Source of the DNA: Alphaproteobacteria bacterium
GTDB lineage: Bacteria > Pseudomonadota > Alphaproteobacteria > Bin95
Assembly (NCBI GenBank): GCA_963665325.3
Contig: CAXXWS020000001.1
Span: forward strand, 132,252 to 196,251
Direction of reading: 5' to 3'
Length of the DNA stretch: 64,000 nucleotides
Position 1 is the stretch's first letter. The number at the start of each line of letters is the position of its first letter. The notes beneath the pieces are model-generated. The model saw only the letters and a list, made by a program, of their open reading frames with translations. It searched no databases and had not been told where the DNA came from. Positions 1-9,664 of this stretch are shown here, in pieces. The position numbers and the translations under genes are program-made.

Positions 1-519
1 GTGACCGGCATGCGCAGCGGCGAAGTGGTCCGTCTCGACCGCGACGATGTCGATCTCCGGCAGGGGATCCTGACCATCCGCGAGAGCAAGTTCGGCAAGT
101 CGCGTCTCAACCTCTGCCATGACACGACCGTGCAGGCCTTGAGCGAGTACGCTGCCTGGCGGGACGAACGCTGTCCTCGTCCGCAATCTCCCGCCTTCTT
201 CCTGAACGAACGCGCGAAGCGGATCGGCAAGGCAAGCTTCCGCAAGACGTTCAAGACCCTGACGTGTCAGACCGGTCTGCGGGACCCCGCGGCTTCCCAT
301 GGACCCCGCCTTCACGATCTCCGTCACACCTTCTCCGTAAGAACTCTGATTCGGTGGTATCGCGACGGTGTTGACGTCGACCGCCACCTGCCACGTCTCT
401 CCACCTGGCTCGGCCATAGCTGTATTGCCGATTCCTATTGGTATCTCACCGCAGTTCCCGAACTCATGGCGCTTTCCGCCTGGCGTCTCGATGAATGGCA
501 GGGGAGGCACAGCTCATGA
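1..519 (+). CDS. ritB: RIT tyrosine recombinase B, C-terminal part
   Basis: TGMRSGE, HDLRH, LGH and catalytic Y motifs; identical to the C-terminus of 7316-8245. Confidence 0.9.
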   Translation: MTGMRSGEVVRLDRDDVDLRQGILTIRESKFGKSRLNLCHDTTVQALSEYAAWRDERCPRPQSPAFFLNERAKRIGKASFRKTFKTLTCQTGLRDPAASHGPRLHDLRHTFSVRTLIRWYRDGVDVDRHLPRLSTWLGHSCIADSYWYLTAVPELMALSAWRLDEWQGRHSS

Positions 520-1514
520 GTGCGATCGCCGATTTTGCCAAGCTGCTGGCCCTGTTCTTCTCCCGGTACCTCATGCAGCAACGTCAGGTCAGCCCCAACA
601 CCATCGCCAGCTACCGCGACACGTTCCGGCTTCTCGTCAACCATGCCAACAGGGTCCTCGGCAAGTCGCCACAGGACCTGTCTTTCGAGGATCTCGACGC
701 CGACTTCATCGGTGACTTCCTCAATCATCTCGAGCACGAGCGCGGCAACGATGTCCGTACCCGCAATGCCCGCCTGGCGGCAATCCGGTCTCTGTTCGGT
801 TATGTCGCCCTGCACGAGCCGCAGCATGCAGCCCTGGCTCAACGGGTCCTGGCCATACCGACCAAACGCTATACCCGACGAGAGGTCGACTTCCTCAATC
901 GCGCGGAGAGCGAAGCTCTCCTGCGGGCACCGGATCGGACCGGTTGGGTTGGGCGACGCGACTACTGCTTGCTGTTGGTGGCGCTGCAGACCGGCATGCG
1001 GAGCTCGGAGATCATCGCCCTGCGCCGCACCGATGTCCGCCTTGGTGACGGCGCTCATGTCCGCTGTCACGGCAAGGGGCGGAAGGAGCGCTCGATCCCG
1101 TTGCGCCGGGACTCGGTGGCGGCCCTCCGTGCGTGGTTGAAAGAGCGCGGCGGCGAGCCCTATGACCGGATCTTCCCGAACCAGCGCAGCAGACCGCTCA
1201 CGCATGGCAGTTTCGACTATCTCCTGGCTCGGAACCTCGCCGTCGCGCGGGCGGCCTGCACGTCGCTGGCGGACAAACGGGTCACGCCCCATACCCTGCG
1301 CCACAGCGCCGCCATGGAACTGCTTCAAGCTGGCGTTGACCGTGCAACCATCGCGTTGTGGCTCGGGCATGAATCCGTCGAGACCACCTACATCTATTTG
1401 CATGCCGATCTCGAACTGAAGGAGCGGGCAATGGCCAGAACGACCCCTGCCGGGACCCCAATGAGAAGGTACGAACCGCAGGACAGTGTCCTGGCGTTCC
1501 TGAACAGCTTGTGA
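516..1514 (+). CDS. ritC: RIT tyrosine recombinase C
   Basis: TGMRSSE, GKGRKER, HTLRH, LGHES..TT.IY; ATGA overlap with ritB. Confidence 0.92.
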   Translation: MSAIADFAKLLALFFSRYLMQQRQVSPNTIASYRDTFRLLVNHANRVLGKSPQDLSFEDLDADFIGDFLNHLEHERGNDVRTRNARLAAIRSLFGYVALHEPQHAALAQRVLAIPTKRYTRREVDFLNRAESEALLRAPDRTGWVGRRDYCLLLVALQTGMRSSEIIALRRTDVRLGDGAHVRCHGKGRKERSIPLRRDSVAALRAWLKERGGEPYDRIFPNQRSRPLTHGSFDYLLARNLAVARAACTSLADKRVTPHTLRHSAAMELLQAGVDRATIALWLGHESVETTYIYLHADLELKERAMARTTPAGTPMRRYEPQDSVLAFLNSL

Positions 1515-1596
1515 TTATTCCGGCATCTTGCGCTCGATGCTGCGCGAATCGGCGGGTCCGGCGACGAATCGGGAATAATCCGTGATCGGGGATAAC
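1504..1596. repeat. 93-bp RIT terminal repeat
   Basis: Same sequence as 9539-9631 and reverse complement of 6239-6331; contains TTATYCCCGAT sub-repeats. Confidence 0.92.
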
Positions 1597-1629
1597 GAGG
1601 CTTATTTCAGATCTGGAATAAGCCTCGTT
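1594..1629. repeat. 36-bp near-perfect palindrome at RIT/target junction
   Basis: AACGAGGCTTATT-TCAGATCTGG-AATAAGCCTCGTT. Confidence 0.92.
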
Positions 1630-2976
1630 GTTGGAGAAGGGTGTTCGCGGATCGGTGAGGAAGCGCAGGCACCCCTCCTTGTACTTCTGGAGCCGGAGGG
1701 CGAGGTTGTGACCGATGCGGCGCTTTTGTCGTCCACGCTTTCCGGTCCGGAGCGGTGGCATTTCTTCGTGAGAGGCGATGGCCCGCTCAAGGATGCGGTC
1801 CCAGGCTTGCGAGATGCGGGCCACCAGTGAGGCGGGCACGTCGCGATCATTGTTGCGGGCGAAGCGGGCGGCTCTGTTGGCACGGGTGAGGAGCCGGTAT
1901 GTGCTCGTTGCCCAGTCTTCCTTCTCGATCTCGATGAGGGCCTGGAGCTCACGCAGGTGATGGGCGTTGCAGGCCCCGTGACGCACGCCCTCGAGAGCGA
2001 AGTAGGTGGCGTAGTCGTCATGGATGACGATGCCGTTGAGCTTCTCGTCGATGTGGCTGCGCCCGGTGGCGACGCGCAGGATGGTGAGCAACGGGGTGCA
2101 CAGCACATGGAGCCACCGGGTCCGGGCGGCGATGCGGATGCCGGTCTCGTCGAGGTGTTTGACCGGGGCTGCGGTGCGGATGATCTCCGCGAGGCGATCG
2201 AGGAAGCCTTCGAAGCGCCGGGCGGTGCGCCTGCCCATGGCGACGATGGTGGCTGTTGAGAGCTTGACCGCGAAGAGGTCGCTCATGACCTCGGCGACGC
2301 GCTTCTCGGGAATGAACTGAGCGTGCAACAGGTAGGTCACCCACGCGGTGATGCGCGGCCCATACTGGACCGGAGCGCTCACGCCGTTCGGGAAGGCGGC
2401 TGTCGTCACGGTGCCGCAGGCGGCGCAGAGGCAGCGATGGCCGCGATGTTCGGTGACCTCGAGGGGCTGCGGCTCGGGCACATCGAAGACCTGCCGGCAG
2501 ACGGGGGCTCCGTGACGGTCAGCGTCCGACAGCGGCGCGCCGCAGCCCTCACAAGCGCACGGATCATGATCGACGACATGGTCGGGCGTCGCGGTCCGTT
2601 CCAGGGTGGTTCCCTTGTGGCCCGGCTGGCCGCCACTGGGCCTGTCGGACTTGCCGCGCTGGCTCCGGGTGCGCTTCTCCCGGTCACCGCTCTTCTTCTT
2701 CAGGCCGTCGCTGGCCGGCGGCCTGGAGCTGGTGGTGCTGTCGAGCGCGGCGCGGCGCTCGAGTTCGGCGATCCGCTCGCGCAAGCGGGCGTTCTCCTGC
2801 TCCAGCGCGTCGTTCTCCTTGACCAGGGCCGCGCTCAGGCGCAGCAACCTCTGGCCCCATTCCCGAATGGCTTTGACGGCGGTCATCGCGAAGGATTGTG
2901 GGGTAAAAAGGTCCTGCAGGCACGCGAAGGCCTCGTCGTGGGCAGCGAGGTCCTCGTGCCAGCGCGACACTGTCAC
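1627..2976 (-). pseudogene. tnpC: IS66-family transposase TnpC interrupted by RIT at PFSNN|
   Basis: SSRPPASD, GGQPGHKG, CxxC zinc fingers, HLDETG, CNAHHLREL motifs; reading frame breaks just before the catalytic AER motif. Confidence 0.9.
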
Positions 2977-3800
2977 GAACCCTCGTCGGCCTCGACGGCC
3001 ATGATCGCGGCCAGCACCGCCAGGCGTTCGCCCGCCGGCATGGCCTCGTAGCGCCGGCCCCAGTTGGCCGCCTTGCGCTTGATGGACTGGCGTTCGGTGA
3101 AGTTCCGGCCGGCGAAGCTCGCCCAGTGCACCCGGTCAGGCGCGAAGTTGAACCACACGACCTCGGTCCGCACCTGGGCCTGGGTCGTCACCTGCAGCGC
3201 CAGCCGGCGCCAGCCCGCCAGCAGCTCGTCATAGAGCGCAGACGGGTGGCCCGAGACCATCACCTGGCAGGGCAGACCCTTGAGCAGTTCGAGGAGCGCG
3301 ACGTGGTCGGCTTCCTCATACTCGAAGCGGTAGCGCTGCGACGAACGACGGGTCGCGTGCAGATAGGGCGGATCGCTGTAGACCAGCTCCGGGCCCAGGA
3401 ACGGGAACGAGGCCAGGAAGGAATGGGCGCAGCCGTGCACCAACTCTACCGGGTAGTCGCAGCCAAAGGCCTCAAGCGCCCGCTCGTCGCGGTCGATCCC
3501 GATCGAGCGCATGGCCGCCGGCTTGCGCTTCATCAGCGCCCCGCCTCCAAGATGGCTCTCGATATAGACAGAGTGCGGCGGCATCAGCGCAATCAGCGCC
3601 TGGCTCAGACCGGTCGTCGCCTTCGACCCGAAATACCCCAACGGCTGCTCCTCTCATGCGAGAGTGCAACCCATAGTTGCGTGGGCCTATACAGTCAAGA
3701 GAGGAAGGGGATCGACGACCCGCCGACCGCAAAACGGCGCCCACGGCCAACAAAACTCAGAACGCACTCAGAGCGCGCGGCAGGCTACCTGGGTAGTTAC
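1630..3800 (-). mobile_element. IS66-family (tnpC-only, ISBst12-like) element 1 with methyltransferase passenger; left part only
   Basis: End sequence GTAACTACCCAGGT (minus strand from 3800) matches the end of the sister copy at 28823-28836. Confidence 0.7.
2973..3641 (-). CDS. DNA adenine methyltransferase (Dam/D12-like)
   Basis: YFGSK, YIESHLGGG SAM-binding motif, DPPY catalytic motif; GTGA overlap with tnpC start. Confidence 0.85.
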   Translation of the reverse strand: MGYFGSKATTGLSQALIALMPPHSVYIESHLGGGALMKRKPAAMRSIGIDRDERALEAFGCDYPVELVHGCAHSFLASFPFLGPELVYSDPPYLHATRRSSQRYRFEYEEADHVALLELLKGLPCQVMVSGHPSALYDELLAGWRRLALQVTTQAQVRTEVVWFNFAPDRVHWASFAGRNFTERQSIKRKAANWGRRYEAMPAGERLAVLAAIMAVEADEGS

Positions 3801-4087
3801 AATGGCAGTTTCGTAGTAATTGCGGAAGCACTGGGTGCCGATGGATGGCAGCAGTCTGTTGATATCGGTCATCATCGGCATCCAGTTCTAGGTAAAGCCG
3901 GCAAACTGAACCGAGAGCGCCGCGTATCGGGGACGACCGGTCGTGCAGGGAGACTGGTTGCGGGTCAGTGCCATTGGTGTTCGGAAATTATGTAGGAAAC
4001 CTGGTATTAGCCATTCGGCTTCGGGTTAATTCCGGCAGGGGCCTGATCGTAGTACGCGAGGCGAAGTGGTGCGGGTGCAGGGGGTTG

Positions 4088-5029
4088 CTACTGCATCTTG
4101 TCGAGACCGAGCTCGAGTGAGCACGTGCCGACTGCGCGACCGGCGTTGAGGCGTTCTTGCGAAAACGCGTGTCTGAGGTCGGTAGAGACGATCAGAGAGA
4201 AGTGGCTCGGGTGGTCCATTCTGTCGTAGGCGCAGTCACACATTTTGATGATCTGGGGGCGCTGGACGTCGGTCAATGGAATGCCTTTTCGCAGTTTGGA
4301 TTGCTCGTCGAAGAAGGTAAGGCAGGTGTCGTTCACGAATTCCTCGCGTCGCCGTTGTTGTTCAATGACGGCCATTTCTCGAGCGAAGCCGGATGAGGAA
4401 GGGTGGTTTCCTGTTTTCGCGAGAGACTGCAGTTGGTCGGGTGGGACGAGTTCGACAACCGAATAAATCTTCGACTCTACTGCATCGGTGATTTGGTAGT
4501 CTCCGATGCCGAGGGCGACCTGGAGGACCGTGTAATTGGGTTCGAGGAAGTAGAGGACGAGATAGTCCGCAATGTCGAACAGGCAATTGTTCCGGAATGC
4601 GGTGATGGAGGCTATCCAGTCGTCGATGACCGCCGGATGGTCGGGACTGCGCCAGTTGAAGTCGTAGACGTAATCGGAGTGTGTGAGGATCCGGTCCTTC
4701 AGCTCAGCGTATACATCGGGGTGTTCGTCAGGTCCTGCCAGAATGAACGGGATGGCAGCGATGTAGGCGGGGGCATAAGGGACTTCGTGTTCGGAGAGCC
4801 CGTCCATGGCATTGCCTTTGTTGAACAGGGCGCCGAAAGTTCCGACCGCCTCTAGCTTTGGCGCGCATTGGTCACGCTCTGCGAGCAGGCGCTCGCTGTC
4901 GTCTTGGATTCTCTCCCGACGTTGTTGTTCGCTTTCGGATTTTGCCGCTTCTGCTTTTCGTTGCGAATCGGCTGAAGCTGGAAGGACAGCAAGTAGAGAA
5001 AGGGCACAGGTTAGAAGGAGACGCTTCAT
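4088..5029 (-). CDS. Exported hypothetical protein
   Basis: Signal peptide MKRLLLTCALSLLAVLPASA; several Cys; lower GC than its neighbours. Confidence 0.7.
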   Translation of the reverse strand: MKRLLLTCALSLLAVLPASADSQRKAEAAKSESEQQRRERIQDDSERLLAERDQCAPKLEAVGTFGALFNKGNAMDGLSEHEVPYAPAYIAAIPFILAGPDEHPDVYAELKDRILTHSDYVYDFNWRSPDHPAVIDDWIASITAFRNNCLFDIADYLVLYFLEPNYTVLQVALGIGDYQITDAVESKIYSVVELVPPDQLQSLAKTGNHPSSSGFAREMAVIEQQRRREEFVNDTCLTFFDEQSKLRKGIPLTDVQRPQIIKMCDCAYDRMDHPSHFSLIVSTDLRHAFSQERLNAGRAVGTCSLELGLDKMQ

Positions 5030-5096
5030 TTTCTGGACCTTGGCTAGATGTGCTGGGAGGTAATCCTTCGTTCGTCGGGTGATGGGGCTGGAGATT

Positions 5097-5978
5097 TCAT
5101 CGATTGAGGGTTCGCTTCCAGTCTTTTCGGAGGGGTCGCAGCCAGATGTCCTTCCTGGGCTCGGCCCGTTTCATGTGGGTGTCGTAGCGTCCCCGGCCCT
5201 GGGTGGTCCCGACCCGTATCCAGCCGGAAGCCCTGTAGACGGCGCCGGTATAGCGCGGGGTCTCGACGAAGGTCTCGATGAGCACGGGGGTGGTGTTGTA
5301 GCGTTCGGTCCAGTCGAGGGGCAGGCGGCGGCGCACGAGGGCGAGGATGTGCGAGCCGAGGTTGGGGATCTCGACCCATGGCAGGATGAGGAAGCGGGGG
5401 TTGTCGACCACCAGCGGCAGGTTCTTCTCGCGCATCTCGGGGGTCCATCCGATGAAGTCGTCGCGCGGGGCGAGCTTCCAGGCGGCGGTGGAGAAGCCGA
5501 GCATGGCGATGGGCCAGCCGTTCCGATCGTGGACGGCGTAGCGCATCTGGGCGCCGACCAGGGTCTTGTATCCGAGGTAGTGGTAGCGGGCGACGAACTC
5601 GTTCCACAGCCTGCCCTCGCGGGTCTCGCGCACGACGGTGCGCATCTCCAGCGGGCGGACCTCGTCGAGGGTGGTCGGAGCGGGGAACAGCGGCGGCTCG
5701 GTGTCCGGTCCGAAGACGATGGGCCTGGGCCGGCCCTGCTTTCCCCTCGGCGGCGGCAGGACGATCACGCCGTCGCGGTGCATGGCGAGCATGGTGACCC
5801 GGGCCATCATGTCCTTGAGCCCGCCGTCGGGCTTGAGCCAGCCGATGCGCCGGCAGAACTCTCGGGACAGGGCGGCTCGGGTGGGCTGCGGATCGGCGGC
5901 GATCAGGGCGCGCAGCAGCGCCATCTCGTCGGTGGTGAAGTCGCGGCCGTAGTAGCGGCACTCGATCGTGCCGGTCAT
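5097..5978 (-). CDS. DUF4338 (DruA-like) domain protein
   Basis: RYYGRDF, HYLGY, RFLILPWV...NLGSH, ETFV...GAVYRASGW motifs; ATGA overlap with tnpC stop. Confidence 0.82.
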   Translation of the reverse strand: MTGTIECRYYGRDFTTDEMALLRALIAADPQPTRAALSREFCRRIGWLKPDGGLKDMMARVTMLAMHRDGVIVLPPPRGKQGRPRPIVFGPDTEPPLFPAPTTLDEVRPLEMRTVVRETREGRLWNEFVARYHYLGYKTLVGAQMRYAVHDRNGWPIAMLGFSTAAWKLAPRDDFIGWTPEMREKNLPLVVDNPRFLILPWVEIPNLGSHILALVRRRLPLDWTERYNTTPVLIETFVETPRYTGAVYRASGWIRVGTTQGRGRYDTHMKRAEPRKDIWLRPLRKDWKRTLNR

Positions 5979-6238
5979 CCCGGCGTCGTGAACTTGCGCT
6001 TGCGCGCCTCGCTCATCGTCCAGGGCAGCCAGGGCGACAGGTCGTCCGGCGGCTTGCCGCCATTCTTCGCGCACGCCGTCAGCCATGCCTCCAGCCAGCG
6101 CAACACGTCGATGCCGTGCATCGAGAGCGTGCCCACCACGGAGTGCATGATCGCGGTGAACTTCGCGCCGTCCTCGCTGTTCGAACCGAAGCTCAATCGG
6201 CGCCGGATGACCGCGCAGCGCAGTCCGCGCTCGGCGAT
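5975..6238 (-). pseudogene. tnpC: C-terminal piece of IS66 TnpC 2
   Basis: IAERGLRCAVIRRRLSFGSNS...WLPW continues the MDNN of 9662-11527. Confidence 0.9.
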
Positions 6239-6331
6239 GTTATCCCCGATCACGGATTATTCCCGATTCGTCGCCGGACCCGCCGATTCGCGCAGCATCG
6301 AGCGCAAGATGCCGGAATAATCACAAGCTGT
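6239..6331. repeat. 93-bp RIT terminal inverted repeat
   Basis: Reverse complement of 9539-9631. Confidence 0.92.
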
Positions 6332-7319
6332 TCAGGAACGCCAGGACACTGTCCTGCGGTTCGTACCTTCTCATTGGGGTCCCGGCAGGGGTCGTTCTGG
6401 CCATTGCCCGCTCCTTCAGTTCGAGATCGGCATGCAAATAGATGTAGGTGGTCTCGACGGATTCATGCCCGAGCCACAACGCGATGGTTGCACGGTCAAC
6501 GCCAGCTTGAAGCAGTTCCATGGCGGCGCTGTGGCGCAGGGTATGGGGCGTGACCCGTTTGTCCGCCAGCGACGTGCAGGCCGCCCGCGCGACGGCGAGG
6601 TTCCGAGCCAGGAGATAGTCGAAACTGCCATGCGTGAGCGGTCTGCTGCGCTGGTTCGGGAAGATCCGGTCATAGGGCTCGCCGCCGCGCTCTTTCAACC
6701 ACGCACGGAGGGCCGCCACCGAGTCCCGGCGCAACGGGATCGAGCGCTCCTTCCGCCCCTTGCCGTGACAGCGGACATGAGCGCCGTCACCAAGGCGGAC
6801 ATCGGTGCGGCGCAGGGCGATGATCTCCGAGCTCCGCATGCCGGTCTGCAGCGCCACCAACAGCAAGCAGTAGTCGCGTCGCCCAACCCAACCGGTCCGA
6901 TCCGGTGCCCGCAGGAGAGCTTCGCTCTCCGCGCGATTGAGGAAGTCGACCTCTCGTCGGGTATAGCGTTTGGTCGGTATGGCCAGGACCCGTTGAGCCA
7001 GGGCTGCATGCTGCGGCTCGTGCAGGGCGACATAACCGAACAGAGACCGGATTGCCGCCAGGCGGGCATTGCGGGTACGGACATCGTTGCCGCGCTCGTG
7101 CTCGAGATGATTGAGGAAGTCACCGATGAAGTCGGCGTCGAGATCCTCGAAAGACAGGTCCTGTGGCGACTTGCCGAGGACCCTGTTGGCATGGTTGACG
7201 AGAAGCCGGAACGTGTCGCGGTAGCTGGCGATGGTGTTGGGGCTGACCTGACGTTGCTGCATGAGGTACCGGGAGAAGAACAGGGCCAGCAGCTTGGCAA
7301 AATCGGCGATCGCACTCAT
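6321..7319 (-). CDS. ritC: RIT tyrosine recombinase C
   Basis: Identical protein to 516-1514. Confidence 0.92.
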   Translation of the reverse strand: MSAIADFAKLLALFFSRYLMQQRQVSPNTIASYRDTFRLLVNHANRVLGKSPQDLSFEDLDADFIGDFLNHLEHERGNDVRTRNARLAAIRSLFGYVALHEPQHAALAQRVLAIPTKRYTRREVDFLNRAESEALLRAPDRTGWVGRRDYCLLLVALQTGMRSSEIIALRRTDVRLGDGAHVRCHGKGRKERSIPLRRDSVAALRAWLKERGGEPYDRIFPNQRSRPLTHGSFDYLLARNLAVARAACTSLADKRVTPHTLRHSAAMELLQAGVDRATIALWLGHESVETTYIYLHADLELKERAMARTTPAGTPMRRYEPQDSVLAFLNSL

Positions 7320-8245
7320 GAGCTGTGCCTCCCCTGCCATTCATCGAGACGCCAGGCGGAAAGCGCCATGAGTTCGGGAACTGCGGTGAGATACCAATAG
7401 GAATCGGCAATACAGCTATGGCCGAGCCAGGTGGAGAGACGTGGCAGGTGGCGGTCGACGTCAACACCGTCGCGATACCACCGAATCAGAGTTCTTACGG
7501 AGAAGGTGTGACGGAGATCGTGAAGGCGGGGTCCATGGGAAGCCGCGGGGTCCCGCAGACCGGTCTGACACGTCAGGGTCTTGAACGTCTTGCGGAAGCT
7601 TGCCTTGCCGATCCGCTTCGCGCGTTCGTTCAGGAAGAAGGCGGGAGATTGCGGACGAGGACAGCGTTCGTCCCGCCAGGCAGCGTACTCGCTCAAGGCC
7701 TGCACGGTCGTGTCATGGCAGAGGTTGAGACGCGACTTGCCGAACTTGCTCTCGCGGATGGTCAGGATCCCCTGCCGGAGATCGACATCGTCGCGGTCGA
7801 GACGGACCACTTCGCCGCTGCGCATGCCGGTCACCGCCAGCAGGCCCAGCATCGTCGAGCAGGTCCGCGGGCGGAGATGCCCGGACAGATCACGTGCGGC
7901 ACCGATCAGGTCTTCGATCTCGCCATCACTGTAGATGTAGGGCTGGGGGCGCTGGCGCCGATAGGGCAGGAGCCGCTGAGGCGGGACCTCGTGGCGCGGA
8001 TCGACCGCGTGAACATAGCGGGCGAACTGACGGACTTCCGACAGGCGGCGCGCCCGCCATTCCTGTTGGACGCCTTCCGGCTTGCTGGCCCACTCGATCG
8101 CCAGCGCGGCGGTGATGAACGGGGCCTCGCGCTGCGCCAGAAACGCGATGAACTGGAACAGGAGCCCGCGCGTCATCAGGAGCTTGGCCCCCAGGGAGCG
8201 GCGGAAGGCGAGATAGTCCTCACACAGGGTCCGAAGGCTTGTCAT
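7316..8245 (-). CDS. ritB: RIT tyrosine recombinase B
   Basis: YLAFRRSLG N-terminus, PYIYS, TGMR, HDLRH. Confidence 0.92.
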   Translation of the reverse strand: MTSLRTLCEDYLAFRRSLGAKLLMTRGLLFQFIAFLAQREAPFITAALAIEWASKPEGVQQEWRARRLSEVRQFARYVHAVDPRHEVPPQRLLPYRRQRPQPYIYSDGEIEDLIGAARDLSGHLRPRTCSTMLGLLAVTGMRSGEVVRLDRDDVDLRQGILTIRESKFGKSRLNLCHDTTVQALSEYAAWRDERCPRPQSPAFFLNERAKRIGKASFRKTFKTLTCQTGLRDPAASHGPRLHDLRHTFSVRTLIRWYRDGVDVDRHLPRLSTWLGHSCIADSYWYLTAVPELMALSAWRLDEWQGRHSS

Positions 8246-9492
8246 GCCGCACCTCCCGGCCACGCCGGGGCCAGGGGGCGAAGGGCGTCAAGATCGACCT
8301 TGGCGTAGATCCGCGTGCTGTCGGGACTGTGGTGCCGCAGGATCTGCCCGATCTCCTCGAGCGAGGCTCCGTTGCGCAGCATTCTGGTTGCCAGTGAATG
8401 ACGAAGAAGATGGGCCGCGCCCCTGCCCGGTCGTTCGATTCCGGCCCGTGCGAACGCATAACGAACGATTTTGACAACGGCGCACGACGACTGAAAGCCG
8501 CGAACCGGGGCATAGCGCCCCACAAACAGACGGCGTGTCGCACAAGTCGGCCGACCGGCTTGCAGATACGCAACGAGAGCTTCGCCGACCTCTTGGGGCA
8601 GGGGCAGAACATCGCGTCGGCCACCCTTGCCGACCACGGCAATCTCGGCGTTGCCCCAGTCGATGTCGTCCAGGGTCAGGCGCACGACCTCACAGGCCCG
8701 CAATCCGAGGAGCGCCAGCAACAGCAGAACGCCGTAATCGCGCCGACCAGTGACCGTGCTGCGGTCGCAACTGGCGAGTACCGCTTTGACCTGATCCGGC
8801 TCCAGCCCCTTGGGCAAGCTCGACAGGCGCCAGGTTCTGACCCCGGCTATCCCGTCGGCGATATCTGTGGCCATGATCCCGGATCGATACAGATACCCCG
8901 TGAAACTGCGCAAAGCCGCAACATGGACCCGTGTCGTCGCCGGACTGTGGCTCTGGCACGAGTGCAGAATGAACCCGTTGATGTCCTGGATACCCAGAGA
9001 CTCAAGCTCAGCAGGCCTGGACTCGAAACGATCGCCGAGAAAGGTTCGAACGGTCGACAGATAAGCCTGTACCGTGTTCAGGCTTGCGCCGCGTTCGCCG
9101 AAGAGGAAGCGCTCATACCGGTCTACGGCGTCCCCAACCGGGTCATCGCACGACGGTTCGGCCTCGACCGGCGCCAGACGGCCGGTCTCGCGTAGCCACG
9201 TCAACAGCTCCCGACCGTCGGACATGACGTTGGCCGTGTACTTGCCGAGGCGTGATCGGAAGCTACGAAACCGTTCGAGTTGCACCTCGTCCAGCGCCGG
9301 AAGGTTGAGCCCGTGATCCCCCAGCCAGCGGCTGAACTGGCCGACCAATCGAAGCTTCCGGCGTCCGGTCTTCCGCGCGTAGCCCTGATGCGCGAGCCAA
9401 TCCGCAAAATCATCAACATGGCTGGCGAGCGGGCCGGCATACAGCCGATCCCAGCCCGCTCCTGCCGCGAGAAAGAAGTGGGTTGTCGACAT
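8242..9492 (-). CDS. ritA: RIT tyrosine recombinase A
   Basis: GRRDY, LGLRACEV, HLLRHSLA, ILRH...ST.IYAKVD; AAGGAG RBS. Confidence 0.92.
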   Translation of the reverse strand: MSTTHFFLAAGAGWDRLYAGPLASHVDDFADWLAHQGYARKTGRRKLRLVGQFSRWLGDHGLNLPALDEVQLERFRSFRSRLGKYTANVMSDGRELLTWLRETGRLAPVEAEPSCDDPVGDAVDRYERFLFGERGASLNTVQAYLSTVRTFLGDRFESRPAELESLGIQDINGFILHSCQSHSPATTRVHVAALRSFTGYLYRSGIMATDIADGIAGVRTWRLSSLPKGLEPDQVKAVLASCDRSTVTGRRDYGVLLLLALLGLRACEVVRLTLDDIDWGNAEIAVVGKGGRRDVLPLPQEVGEALVAYLQAGRPTCATRRLFVGRYAPVRGFQSSCAVVKIVRYAFARAGIERPGRGAAHLLRHSLATRMLRNGASLEEIGQILRHHSPDSTRIYAKVDLDALRPLAPAWPGGAA

Positions 9493-9538
9493 CTGTCTTC
9501 TCCTTTGCATACGCTGGCGAGCGAGCCAGCGGGAGAAG

Positions 9539-9664
9539 ACAGCTTGTGATTATTCCGGCATCTTGCGCTCGATGCTGCGCGAATCGGCGGGTCCGGCGAC
9601 GAATCGGGAATAATCCGTGATCGGGGATAACGAGGCTTATTCCAGATCTGAAATAAGCCTCGTT
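9539..9664. repeat. 93-bp RIT terminal inverted repeat followed by 36-bp palindrome (9629-9664)
   Basis: Palindrome core CCAGATCTGA, i.e. flipped relative to copy 1. Confidence 0.92.

Larger units (their letters stand above)
1..1629 (+). mobile_element. RIT (recombinase-in-trio) element copy 1, truncated by window start
   Basis: Tandem overlapping tyrosine recombinase genes; reverse complement of 6239-7834; ends in a 93-bp terminal repeat plus a 36-bp palindrome. Confidence 0.9.
6239..9664 (-). mobile_element. RIT element copy 2 (complete)
   Basis: ritA-ritB-ritC between 93-bp inverted repeats, plus a palindrome at the ritA end. Confidence 0.93.

Noticed and set aside
5097-5978. Druantia defence system
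   Set aside because: Only the DUF4338 gene is present, inside an IS; no DruE helicase or other partners
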